Position numbers and translations under genes: made by a program. DNA of 63,619 bases, counting the filler, from Atractiella rhizophila (taxonomy: Eukaryota): assembly GCA_021432655.1 (NCBI GenBank). It is 2 parts of 2 records of this genome, joined end to end, with 100 filler letters (N's around TTAATTAATTAA, not from the genome) between each part and the next. Parts side by side here need not be neighbours in the genome. Positions count along the whole stretch, not along the records: positions 31,914 to 63,619 come from MU271691.1; 1 more part is not named here. One strand, given 5' to 3'. Under the pieces are notes generated by a model. It was not told the DNA's origin, did not search any database, and saw only the letters and a program-made list of their open reading frames with translations. Below, one piece after another: positions 41,340 through 54,791 of this stretch (position 1 is the stretch's first letter; every line of letters starts with the position of its first letter).

Positions 41340-42880
41340 ATGTCAAAGCCCTGTAAAGTGGCAATCCTAGGAGCAGCTGGTGGAATTGGTATGTCATACG
41401 TCATTAGGATTTAGAGGTTCACAAACTTCTCAGGACAACCGCTCTGTAAATCCTTCACCAACTAATGAACATGCGCTTATCTAAGACTCACTTTAAGCAC
41501 TTCTCCTCAAACAATCGCCGGTAATTACAGAGTGAGTGCCTTCGAGTTCTCGTGCCAATAACAGCTACGGATGCATGATCCCTCTGCAGGCTTGCCCTCT
41601 ACGATGTTGGTCCGCTATGTTCTTCAATCTCTGGGGCAGCTTGATAATTGCAACTTGCAGTTTCTGTTGTGAAGTGAGTGTCATCGATCATTTTTATATC
41701 TGACAACTGAAGAGCTACAGAGGTGTCGCTGTGGACATTTCACACATCAATACACCCTCTGTCGTAACTGGATACGACAGGAATGACGATGGGCTTAGAA
41801 AGGCACTCGAGGGTGCTCACATTGTCGTGATTCCGGCTGGTGTTCCACGCAAGGTACAGTCAGCACTTCAGCCAGAAATCTGATCTGATCTGATCTTTCA
41901 ACAGCCAGGGATGACTCGGGACGATCTCTTCAAGGTTTGCCCCCTTTTTTATCTCAAGCTAGCTCTTGTGACTCGATGGTACAGATCAATGCTGGGATTG
42001 TTCGCGATCTCGCACAAGCAATTGCCAATCACTGCCCCAAGGCTTTCATAGCTGTCATCTCCAACCCTGTCAATTCCACTGTTCCCATTGTGGCTGAAGT
42101 GCTTAAGAAAGCTGGAGTCTTTGATGCTAAGAGATTGAATGGCGTGACAACTTTAGACGGTGATACATTTCTCCTGTTCTACATGCCATGTTCAAGCTCT
42201 TTATAGTCGTCAGAGCTTCCACATTCTCTGCTGCCGCGGGGCAAAAACCTTTGGAATCCGCAAAATACAAGATCCCTGTCATCGGTGGTCATTCTGGGGC
42301 AACTATTATTCCGATTCTGTCTCAAAGTCAGCCTCCTATCCAATCCGATATCGACTTTGAAGCCTTGGTGAAGCGAATTCAGTTTGGCGGGGACGAAGTT
42401 GTCGCCGCGAAAGATGGCGCGGGAAGTGCCACGCTCTCTATGGTGCACCGTTCCCGTCTTTGGGATGAAAGGTAGTGAGCTGACATCCCTTAGGCGTATG
42501 CAGGAGCCCGATTTGTCAACAGCCTGATCGCCGCCGCTTGGGAGGGAAAATCCGGTGTTGTCGAAATGTCATATATCAATGTCAAAAATGTCGCCTCTGT
42601 CGCTTCAATGATTGGCTCAGACATTGACTATTTCAGTGTGCCCGTCGAGCTAGGCGTAGGTCATTCTGCTTCGTACGGGAAGGAACTGAAGACCGGACCA
42701 GACGGCCGGAGTGAGCAAGGTTCTCCCCATCGGAGAACTGAATCACTATGAGAAGCAGCTTCTCGACAATGCCCTTCCAGAACTAAAGGCTAACATCTCG
42801 AAGGTATGTTCGGTAGTTCATCGACCACTTTTCTTACCGTAAATGGCAAGGGTATTTCTTTCGTTGACCCCAAATTGTAG
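41340..42880 (+). CDS. MDH: NAD-dependent malate dehydrogenase, cytosolic/peroxisomal type
   Basis: [55 protein letters not shown]; micro-exons; no presequence; ends PKL*. Confidence 0.95.
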
Positions 42881-44104
42881 CACCTGAGGCCAGATTGGAA
42901 GAATAAACATACCGTTGTACATGCAAAGCAGGCACACAAACGTTTAAACTCGCCATGGTCTGCGGACTCACATTGAGGTGACTCGCTACCGAGTATTGTT
43001 TCTAGTGCAACCTTGCATTTCCGATTTGCTGCCTTGCATGTCAGCGTTTATAGATACCTCAAATCCCCTCATATCGTCACTGCCTCGTCCGAACTCACGT
43101 CTTGCTCTGGAGTTATCAATTCGCTAAGCGCGTACGTTTTTAGCTTTGGGCTTATCAGTTCCGACTTACTTCTTGCTTTGCAGTAACTCTTGCGGGTATC
43201 TTGTCAGATCTTGTCCTCATGGTCCAAATGTGCCTTGTCCAACCACAATACCTCACCAAGCGATTTCCCCCGTTACCGCCAAAAAGACCACGATGTAGCA
43301 AAGGTGAACACTAAACATCCGCCACCTACTAATAGCCAACATAGGATAATATGATGGCGAACACTTACAATGGAGCCATTCACACGGAGTGACGCGAAAG
43401 TACGGGGTTGTAGAAAGGCTTAACTAGACTGCAGTTAGACTGCTACGTAGCGACTGTACTTCTACACCGCTGTCCTAATCCTAATCAACTCCTAGCGTTC
43501 TGGAGGAAACGCTGCATTAGATCCCTTAACCTTCGGATGCCTAGGCACAGCACATGCATTCCTAACCCGACTGAATAAGAACAAAGTCAGCGTTCCAACA
43601 AACGTAAATACTCTAGAGTGTGCATGAGTGCAGTTGGAAACACGTTGCTTTTGGAAAAAAAACCAGCGTAAATTTTCGTAGTTTCAAGCACCTCTGGTCA
43701 GCCTCTTCCACTGTACAGGAAAGCAGTTACCCAACTCGAACATGCATATATCAAGGAAAAGACATATGAAGGGCTCACGTCCTTACTAGTAGGGCTTTAT
43801 GCCTCACCTCAAGCCTCAGGTTTACAGTAAGCACAACCTCAGTCAGTCGTAGTACTCATTCGGATGGCTTTTTAAGCTTGTGATGAAACCCATGATTATT
43901 TCATTTCTCCTTTTCACACTCGAAAAATTTCTACAGTATGAGAAAACTCATAGCACGTGCATGGGTGACTTCATCGACACCCGCCCAAGGAGACCGAAGG
44001 GACGATGAGTACCTCAATACAGGTGCCTGGCAAAGTCGGAACCGATATGCTAAAAGGAAAGGCACATTAGTGACATCACATCCATAATCTATAATCTATC
44101 GCAA

Positions 44105-45673
44105 ATGAGTTCCTTTCAAGGTCCAAATGGGGAACAGACGAAGTCTAGGCCAACCTCACAGTACTCTCAGCATTCCAATACTTCTTCCAGTGGGTACCAG
44201 TATTATGACGCTGGGGCGGTGCCTCCATCTAGAAGCCGGTTTACTCACCCTCCCGAGCATTTTGGTAAGTCTCATTAATGCCTCAGAATTCTGTTGATGT
44301 TGAGCCAGTAATTGTCAGACCACCTCCTTCCAGCACAACCCATCCCCTGAACCTACAAGTCCAGCTCGTCCTTTCTGCGACTTCCAACGTCCCCAACATC
44401 AAATCTGCTTCGAGGAGCTCTACTCTTAACTCAGTTGGCGCGCTACAGATTCCCAGTGACCCCGAAAGTGGTTTGAGGGACAGTTTTACTGCCGTTGCCG
44501 TTGCTACCCCCGTTGCCTCCCATGACGAAGTGGAAGGCGGCGACACTTTACGAGATGACGGACGTGGTTCGCGACTTTCTAGAAGTCCCAGTACAAGTAG
44601 TGTAGCGAGTACGACAGAGAGTAACAGTAGTGGCACACGAAAGAATCGCGTGATGGCGCTGTACAACTTGTCGTGGCACAAGCAAGTACTGTTTTGAGGA
44701 TTGGCTACATGTTGATAGTAGATCTAGCGTTCTTACAACCACTGTCACAGATGCTGGCACGGATGAAAAGATAGCAAAATTTCTCCGCAAAGGAGAAAGT
44801 ATCGAAATAATCGGCCTCGCTGAAATTATGCCTTCCCCGCTGTTCTCTTCTCCGACTGCGATTTCTGCCTCTCCCTCTTCCACATCTCTATCCGAAGCGA
44901 AGAACGGTTCGCCTGCTGTTTCTTCAACTAGTTCATTGCTCGGCAGGTTCAAGAAGACTTTCATGCCCAAAGCTGATGCTCTCACACGTACCACTGGGGT
45001 CAACAATGCCAACTCCATTCGCACCTCGATCGAAACGCCTAAACTGAATGTATTTCATTCTAAGAGACAGACATCGTCAACAAGCAATTCCGAAGTTAAC
45101 GTAGCACTCCCCGAAGAAGGTGTAGAAGACATCAAGCGAGCTAAAGCCTATCGATGGGTTGTAAAGCGCTGGGTTAAGTTGGGAATGACAGAGGAGGCGG
45201 AATGGTCGTTGGAGTGGACAAAGATGAGAATACCATTTGGGCCTCAGAAGGATGGGAAAAGTAGAAAATTCTCGCAACGAGGCCTCTCCCGCTCAAAAGT
45301 CTCGACAGATTCATCATTTCGACCTGAAAACTCGGGAGAGCTGCAAACTCCAGAAATCGTGGACGAAGACATCGATGAGTCTGATCCAGAAGATTCGGAA
45401 TCACCATGGATCTGCCAGCTTCAGCTACCCAAATCACGGTCCGTAACCCTTTCCAATCTCTCTCCTGCACCACACCATCCTCGTGTCATTGCCCAGTTAA
45501 CAATGCCCTACAATATGAGAAGCGAGGGCGGACTGACAGTGGAAGAGCTGAAAGATATGGTGTTCGTCACATCGCTTTGGCTTCTGATTAAGGAAAGGTT
45601 AGGAGGATTGGGCATTAAGAGGAAGAACGAGTTGGATTGGAGAAGCGGCCTCAAAATCGGAGTGGCGCGATAA
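44105..45673 (+). CDS. Uncharacterised protein
   Basis: Spliced ORFs with ordered-looking blocks (HPLNLQVQLV, TDAGTDEKIAKF, EDSESPWICQL, PAPHHPRVIAQL, ELKDMVFVTSLWLLIKE) separated by Ser-rich linkers. Confidence 0.75.
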
Positions 45674-46803
45674 GCAACCTATTACAGGACTTCAACACCC
45701 CCTCAACTGTTTTAATTTGCTGCTGACGATTGTGGTCAACTTATTCACGTGAGCGGCAACGACACAGTTTACAAAGTACACGAAAATGTAAAATGTAGTA
45801 TTAGTATTAACCGACGGGCGAGAAGCGGAGTAAAAGAGTGCCAACCGCCTAAGCCTGTGAATAGTCCGACGCAAAGGCGCAAGTACCACGCCTTCAAGGC
45901 CCATAACGTCATGGCCAGCCATGATGCATCATCATGCATGATCTGGTGTTTCTTCTCATTTGATTTCCCTGTTTTGCTTTTGATTACAGAATATGCAAAT
46001 TTCAATAATCGATGATAACGCTAGCCCACATTTTGAGTCTAAAGCTGTTGAGTTTTATTAGGACGCCTGCAGTTGTATACGAGTAATAATGGTGAAGATA
46101 CGAAGGTTAGAGATATTCTCTCCGAAGTAATCGTAAAAATATGTGATACAGATATATTAGGCAATTACTCAAAAGCATGCAAACTTCTTTTACATCACAC
46201 ATCATCTGATAGAATTAGAGAAGCATCGGTTGTGCCATGTTGTAAAGGCGTTAGGTAAAAGCTATTTCCAGATGGGACAGCTAATCTATTGTTGAATTTC
46301 ATGGTCGAGAATTCGCTTGTGGCGCACAGTTGTCTCCCTCTCAGATTTATTCCTCCTGCACAAACAAGGCATCTTCCACAGGCAGGGAAAGGGAAAGTTC
46401 ACATCTAGCTCGCAGACCAATAGCAATATTGAGTGCGCTAATATTATTACAATGATTTTGCTCCTTCCCATTATTCCACAGCCCCTCATTTTGTTCACTC
46501 ACCGAAATCCTTCCCAATGTACACTCATCCACCTCTTGACCTCACCTTCGCCAAACTTAAGGAGCTTCTTCGTAACATAATCTGTCTTTCAAAGAACGCA
46601 AAATGGCAAAATGCAGGAGCCCAGAATATATGACATTCCTCGATGTCGACTATGCGACATTAGGGCTTGTCGGGATCACTTTTGAGTTTATCACTACCAC
46701 GCACAACAACCACGAAGTCCTAGCCATAAGTCTGGGGGTAAGTGTTTCTGTGTTCCTTAGTTCGACAGCTGACGAATAAGTGAGCTTGTTCCCAGACTCA
46801 GCC

Positions 46804-48996
46804 ATGAGTAACCGCTCTCAGGCCATTCCTATTGTGCATCCAAATGCAGCACCTTCTGACGTGACAACCACTCCCCGAATAACCAGTGAGATTTCGAGAT
46901 CATTGCGACCTAGCGCCCTCACCCTACTTCAGAGCAGCCAACGGACAACATTTGCCGCAACTTCGCAAAGCACGGTTTCTGCAAATTCGAGGGGAATGGA
47001 TGTGCTCACAGTCATGGAGATACTGTGCATGCTTTGACTCCGCACTCTGGATATACATCTTAAGCTTAACTTCCAGATTCGTGATTCCGGTTCCGACTCT
47101 GCCCTAGATAATCCAAGTCGTTCGTCGAACTCCTTCTCAGCCGAACACCTAAAGGCTCCTGTGTTTGTACCGCGAGGTTTGTGGGAAGTAAGTCACTTGT
47201 ACGCACCGAATCCTCCATGAGTTCCTGTACTGAGGTGGATTTGAAGGCGATACCCTACCTTAGTGAGGATAGCTTTCCTTTGAAGGCGATGGTGACTTTA
47301 AGTCCCTAGAATGGGAAATATTTGTCTATTGACGATTCAACAGTGGAAAGACAAGGTTTAACATTGGTTCAACCAGACAGTAACACGAGCGAGGGTAAGT
47401 TGTCGCCATACAGCCCCATATGCTCAAACTGTACAGATCATCATTACGAGTATCCTGGTAACGCAGCCATTCGTCAGGATTTTGAAAGCCGATTGACATC
47501 CCTGCAACTGGACCCTCACTTGCACAAGGGGTTACCTTCTCGTGTTCACAACTACCACAGCTTGCAGCGTCTAGAGCAGTCTTCTTCTCCGTTTGCCTCA
47601 TACAAAATATCGACGTATAGGGCTACATCGAGCGAGGATGGTGACTACTACGTGCTTAAACGGATTGAAGGCTTGTTGTATTTGTGCTTGTCAATGCTGA
47701 TTTGACCTCTCTGGTTAGGTTTCAGACTCCACTCCGAAAAGGCCATCGCCGCAGTGGAAAAGTGGACGCTTCTCAGCCATCCAAATATTGCGCAACTTAA
47801 GGAAGCCTTCACTACCAGATCTTTTGGAGATCAATGTATGCAACGTAGTTCCTGTTCTCGCGCTGATAGATTTTAGCTATTGTCTTCGTATACCACTACT
47901 ATCCTGGCGCAAAAAGCTTGAAACAGGCTAATTTCTGGCACGATCAGTCATTGACGACGCTGGTCCAAGAGAAAAGTCTTTGGTCTTACATTCTACAGAT
48001 TGTGACCGCCATGAAAGCCGTCCACAGTCATGGCCTCGCTGTACGCTTTACCGAAGGGTCATGTCTTCTTTTACTTCCTTCTTCGAGGTTTGTCCTTTTG
48101 CTTTGTCTGAGGATTTAACTCAGTCTGCTCGTAGAATGCGTATTGCCGCCTGTGGCATGTTGGATGTGGTCTTCTATGACGGCGAATCTCCAATCGAGCA
48201 TCAGGCAAGTATTTCGGTAAATGGACCTTCTGGTTGCTTAAGGGCCAGATAGGCTTCAGACTTCACACAACTGGGCAACATTATCCTGTCCATGGCCTGC
48301 AACTTTCCCATCTTCGACTTACATAACGCCATGGAATGGATCTCGACACATTATTCAAACAATCTCACTCGTTTATTGCGATATCTGCTTACTCCACAGC
48401 CGACTCCCAAAAAGCTAGAAGATGTTTTGATTATCTGCTCACCAAATGTACCAGACATCTTGCAGGCCCATCTAGAGTATGTAGACCGAGTCCTAAGAAG
48501 CATTGTGTGACCTCTAACCTCTCGTAGAACAAACGTGAATTTGGAGAAGAATCTGCTACTCGAGATGGGGAATTTGCAAAGGTTTCGTCTTTTATGCAAG
48601 CTAGCCTTCATCAATGAACGTCCAGAGTACGTGCTAGTGATTTAGTGGACATTTGATATTGAAGATATTGAACAGATTCGAGCGCGATTCCCGCTGGTCC
48701 GAAACTGGGGATCGCTACTTGTTGAAATTATTCAGAGACTATGTCTTTCACCAAGTCGACGAGGAAAGAAATCCTATCATTGACCTTTCTCACGTCATTA
48801 GTTGCTTAAATAAGGTATAATCCTGCGTCCCTATTCTGCCCTCTTCGCTTAAAATCCCTCTTAGCTGGAAGCTGGTTCAGATGATATGCTATCACTGGTG
48901 AATTCGGACGAGCAAACGTGCATAATAGTGTCTTATGCTGAGCTCAAGGCATGCGTGCGATCAGCGTTTGCTGATCTGATTAAAGGGAACACATAG
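46804..48996 (+). CDS. PAN3: Pan3 subunit of the Pan2-Pan3 deadenylase
   Basis: CCCH finger [17 protein letters not shown], pseudokinase ([18 protein letters not shown]), [14 protein letters not shown] and [23 protein letters not shown]. Confidence 0.93.
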
Positions 48997-49058
48997 GAGC
49001 GGGATCTTTGTCTGAAAATATCTTGCACAATGTCTCATTGTACCATCCTTGTCACCTT

Positions 49059-52000
49059 CTATTGCGTCGCACGTCGAACCATCTGGCGAAATATTCTGAT
49101 CAGTTCCTAAGTGCAAATATCAGATCAACTGACCTCTCTTGCCCATTTCAGCACCTTTTTCTTGTGTTGATCTGCCAACCTCAGTTTTCCTGTCTTGAAA
49201 ATTTGGTCTATCCACGCTGAACTCAGAATGTCCTTGAGTTGACCTTCCGAAAACGCCTCTGCTAGATCGCCAATGAGGCCTATCGCAGCGACAAGGATGC
49301 TTTCAGGGCGATCTTGATCCGTTAATGCCAAGTGAAGGAACGTGAATACAGATGGCATATACGGCAGTAGCGATTCGGCTTTCCCAGCAGTCTTCAGGCC
49401 ACTGACTATCCCAGTGTAGGCCTCAAGAATCCCCTCTCGCAGGGTGTTAATGTAATCCACGAGATCAAAATTATTCTGTGTCGCATTTGCGTTCAAATCT
49501 CTACGTTCTCTGAAGAGAGCATGAACGTACTGGATCGGCTCGCATGGCTCCAGCCTGTTGTAAAACTGTCATCGTCGATTCAAGAAATGGGACATAACTG
49601 CCGCCAATGGACATTGCGATATCGCCAAAACAACTCAGAATGGGGGGTTTGACGCTGCGATGAAGTACGGGGCTTTGTAAATCTTGCATCAGAACCTCCA
49701 GGAAGTTTTGGCAATATTGAACACTAGCGTCGCCCAAAGCCCGACAGACGTCACCGATCAGTCCGACCCCAATAGAGCATAATTGATATTCTTCGTGGTT
49801 CTGCAGTGCGGCAAATAGGAAAGGTAGGAAGGCAGGCAGATATGGATGGAAGTCTTGCTCTAAGGAAAGCGTTAAAGCTCCAATGGCTAAGAAAATATCC
49901 TCTTGAACTGGTGACGATCTTCCACTAATCTGCAGCAGGCTCAGAAGCACCGTCATGACCCGCTCTGGTTGAAGGTTCTTGATATCTTTTCCAAGCCTTC
50001 TGATACAAGCCTGTTGTCATGCACGCTTTAGCACACATTGTTTCATAGTAAAATCCTTACTGTCAGGACGCAACAACAGTTAATTTGAATTTGGTTCCAA
50101 TTAGTCTTGTCGTCAATTCCAACCAACTGATCGTGGAATGTCATCACTCGTTCCATCTGCTCGATAATGCCGTGGAGTATTTTGTGAACCAAAGTGAGGC
50201 AGTCTACCGGCGCGTTACCTGCCAATGAAGCTAGGGTTTCATAAGCAGAATCTCGACAGTTGCTTTCATTTGTGTTACTAAGAACTTCTGTCAGAGTGAC
50301 CCACTTCGACATTATCCTACGAACCGGTTCGCAAATTTGAACAGTGAAGTTGCTAATGGGTCGTAAAACGGCGTCAGAATGCTGGTGTCCTTCGTTGACC
50401 CGCCGAGCTGTTCAATTAGGTTCATAAGCGCCCAACAGCTGTTGGTGACAACGCGACCCTCGCCATCCTGCACCCCAGCGTCTAACGCTCCTAGAAATGC
50501 TTGAACGAGATGTCCCACAGCCCCTGGGATATTTTGGACCGATTCAACCATATAATCGCAAATCCGACCGAGAGTCCAAGCTGTCGAATCCTTGACGTGA
50601 TTATTCTGATCTTGCATCATCTCGACAAGCACAGGCAATGCTTGCTGCACTAGTGGTGACAATATTTGCGGATTAGGACCGTCGAGGATGGACCCAAATG
50701 CCATAACAGCCGCTTCACGCTGTCGCCAGTCAGTGGCCTTGATGTGAGTTTCAACGAAGGGGATAATTGGGGCAACGATAACGTCGCCTGTAACCTGTGC
50801 GAGTAACGAAAGACATGTGCCTGCCGCCATAGCAAGGTTCCATTCATCCTCCGATGCATCTTCTTCTTGCCGACCTAACAGCTGCAGCAACACCGGTAGG
50901 ATCTCTGGTAAAGCCACGCGCGCAAAGCCGTATGATTGGCGTTCCGGTTGATCGCCGTACTCTGCAGCTTCTTCTGCTTCCAATGAAAGCTCAAGTTCCT
51001 CGTCACATACCGTGGACCAAAATTCGACCGCCTGAATTGCTATCCGTTCGTCCGTGTGCTTCATTCCTAAGACCGTTAACTGCACAACGTCAGATTTGTA
51101 CAAAGAAGATGCTTAAACACACCCCAAATAGAGCACGCTCCATGTAGAACTTCATCTTCTCGTAATAGAGTTGCATTATCCGAACAAGGCATTCAAAAGC
51201 TACTAGCTGAACATCGGCATTGGCAATCTGTGTTGCTTCGCAAACGACCTGCATGATGTAGTTGCGCTCTCCCTGCCATAAATCAGCCCCGTCGGTATAT
51301 GCGCAGGAGCAGATACCTTACTTCACGTTCAAAGTTTTCTTTTATAAACTCGAGCGAGTTGTACAATGCATGAATTGCAGCTAGTTGAACATCAACTCTG
51401 CGTTATCAGTCAACGACAATATATCCTAGAGGAGGATAGCGTACTTCGTTTCTTCTTTGACGGATTGCACCACGCAAGTAAGGATGTCATTTGATTGGGC
51501 TGCAAGGACGTCCGATTTCTGGTTTCGATGGTCAGTTTGCATCAAGTACACCAGGATACAGCTGACAATTTGTTCACAGACAAATCCTAAACATTGCAGC
51601 ATGCTCTGTCTTAGCACTGCCCCATCATCACCGCGAGTACGACTATCATTGATGCCCTGCAGGAGTGTTCCAATCAGTTCAGGCCACATTCCCGCTGGGA
51701 CTTCAATCGCGGCGATAGCGGCAATTATTTGAGCAGACGCATTGCGTATCGCTTTCTCACTGTCCGTTAAACTATGCAGACTTCGTGATTTGATGTTGGT
51801 CCTGATGTCTTCTGAAAGTTCTCGCCACGCCTTTGCGAGCTCAGTTTGTCGAGGGTATTCTCGAGAAGTAAGCGTATTTTTCAAAGATAAGCCTGCGGTT
51901 GTTCGAAGGCCAACTGTGTGCTCCGTTGACGACAGAATTTGGGAGAGGGAAAAAACATAGTTCGAATGATCGCGTGTGAAGAGATCGTCTAGACTCTGCG

Positions 52001-52070
52001 TTGCCTGTGTGCGTGTGTTGGCATCGGGAGACAGAGAATTTGATAACCAGGTCGCAACTTGGGATTCCAT
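49059..52070 (-). CDS. KAP95: Importin beta-1 (karyopherin beta)
   Basis: IBN_N (LSNSLSPDANTR..AGLSLKNTL), QAVEFWSTVCDEE, DWRQREAAVMAFGSILDGP, VKPPILSCFGDIA, LREGILEAYTGIV. Confidence 0.96.
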
Positions 52071-52675
52071 GATTTCAAACAATGTGGCCCTTCTTTGGTG
52101 AAAGCGGTTTGGTTGAGCGTTTGTGCTTGCTTTCGTTTCGTGAACGCGAGATACCTCTTGAAGGAAGGACGATGACAGGTGATGCAGAATGATGCGCTTT
52201 AAAGCGCTTAGCCTCGATTGCTCTCTCACGTGCAGTAACAATGTCTGTGGGAGTTTTCACTTGCCTTGGATCATTTACTCGATGTCAACTGATTTCTGAG
52301 TAACTTAAAGGTTAACATCCTAGACGAGCGGAGGATTCAGCTACCGTTGGTGCGAACAAACCTTATGTCAACTCAATACAAGTGCTACATGGAGCACACG
52401 TTCCTTACCTCAAAGCTAGGTTCCAATATTGATCAGATTGTTGCAAGAGTAAATCTATGGTTAGAGAGGGTTCAGCTTAGTCAACAACCTCATAAGAGAG
52501 ACACATGATAAACCTAGCGGTGTTAAATTGCAGGGTATGCATCGGGAAGTAATCACAATGGCGAAACTCTAATAATGCAGAAAAACGAAATGCTAACGAC
52601 AATTTTCGTTGACTATGCGAAGAAAGCTTTGGGAGAACGAGGGTGGATTTAAACAAATAAAAAAAAAAATACGAA

Positions 52676-54061
52676 TCAAACGAGATCGGCATTGGGACGT
52701 GCAAAACTAGGACGGTCTGAAGATGGTTCTCTGGACAAGGCGGGAGCTGGCTGAGAGGCACTGAATTTTTCACTGTACACTCAAATCAGCCAATGTGTGA
52801 CAACTTAGGACTTGGTGCTTACGTGCGCGACATTCCAAGGGGACCGGAAGATGATGTGGGCAAGCTGGTTGCAAAGAAAGAGGTATTGATGGAGTGTTGG
52901 GACGTCGATCGCTTCAACCAGGACGGTAGGTTAAGGCCAAACCGATTGATGAGGTAATTCGCTAGAAAAGCGAGGCCAGAATAGCGAACGAGAGCCCAAT
53001 AGATGAATCCAACTTCACGTGTGAAGCCAAAGAAAGCGCCAACAAGGACCGCAGATATGAAAGGTGTCCAAGTGTTGAAGTCTAAGGGAGTTGGATCATT
53101 CGTAAAATATACGGTGCCCGGCTGCAGATCTCGACTTAGTACGACCCATTTGTGCAAGATGGTCAAGACGTACATTATTGTGGATGAAATTCCAGTCATA
53201 CGGGATCAAGGGACCAAAATTCTTCCTCAGGTGGTTGAAGTAGAGAAAGCTCGTTGGAAGTCGTATGGCCAAATAGGCGAACCCCAAAGCACAGAGACGA
53301 AGGAAACGTTCTGCCGTCAAGGCAGACTCAGAGGCTGTGAGAAGCTTCTTCCAGTCACGTCGGTGTATCGTCAGCCGGTATACAACGTATACTGTCTTGA
53401 AATTAGCCACCAAAACCTTCGTCTGAGAGAATACTTACGACCATACAAAGAGGAGTACACGGCCAAAATCACAGGCCAGAGGAGGAATAGAGGATAAATG
53501 GCCCAAACATTGATGGCGGTATACGAACAACCCACTCCGTTGATGAGGCCGTAACGTGAAGGCTGATAAATGATGTGGGTCGCCATGACAAAGATGGGGA
53601 AACCAAAACTGAGAGCGTAGTTAAAGGCTGCTTGTCGCCGCCTTTCGGCCTGATTAAAGAATCCAGCCCCAGGTTGTACCACTTGAGCCAGGTAGCGAAT
53701 AATGCAAAAAAGTGACGCAGGATTCCCGACGGAGGAAGCCAACTCCAACTATATTGATGTCAGAAATCAGCAAGATGAAACAATTCATTGCTGTAACTTA
53801 CCTTAGCCGTGATGTCACAGAAAACGGGCGCTCGATCAATTGCATCGTTTCGCCAGATGAGCACGTTAATCTGGGGGGATGAGTGAGAAGGGATGAGGCA
53901 TCCATGCTCCGACTCACCGCATTAATGATAGGCATCAGAATCACCCAAAACATCAAGCATACTAATGCAGAATTCCCTTTCCGAACATTGAAGACGAAAG
54001 GGGGGATGTTGAAGATGGCAACCAGGAAGTTGAGAGTGATGAACGCTATAGTGGCACTCAT
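52676..54061 (-). CDS. STE3: STE3-type pheromone receptor (7TM GPCR), five exons
   Basis: NVLIWRNDAIDRAPVFCDITAK, SLFCIIRYLA, HIIYQPSRYGLINGVGC, RFLRL, WNFIH and FFGFTRE; four canonical introns; ends NADLV*. Confidence 0.95.
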
Positions 54062-54791
54062 GTTGATTCAGCTGGGAAACATTCATGACAGAAGGTAGCT
54101 TTTAAATGATCAGTACTTTGTTCCTTCGGAAGTTTCTCCTTGACGGTAACGATAACCACAATCCGACGTACAGGGAAAATACGGAAACAGATAACGTTTG
54201 TTTATGTAATAGGCGCTTCCTCCCGCTTTTAAACCTTATATCCCAAAGACCTTAATCTTATTCCCTTACCAAGAGGATCCTGGCTATCGGGTCAACTTTG
54301 CGGGACAAAGGTCAGGCTCGAACTTACTCCTTCTTATGTTTGCCAAGTGCAAGGGGGATTCATTGTCCAATTCAATTTTGGGTAATATGCTATATGCCAC
54401 AGACCCTAGTCAAGACGGTAGTGCTTTCGTTGTGTTTACCCGTAGTGATAGTGAAAGCATTGAAGCTACTGTCGGAAACCTTGCTCAATTGAACCTCAAA
54501 CGTGTATTGTCGTCACATTTAGCAGTTAGAAATTACGTGTAAGCTACCACCTCACATCATGATCACAGCGCAGATAGCCATATGTATCAAACTGAGCCTA
54601 CTGGTGGTAAGTAAAATGGGAACTCACTGAGTGCAACAACGCAATTGGACGGAGTGTAACAATATGCCGTAGTTTAGTCTGAACTTCAACTTTCAAGGGG
54701 TTGTACTGCTGCCATCTACTTTCCCTCTCATCTGCATCAACCCTAAGCCATTTTGCACAGATACCGTCCAACTGAGCCCCCTCCTAGGATT

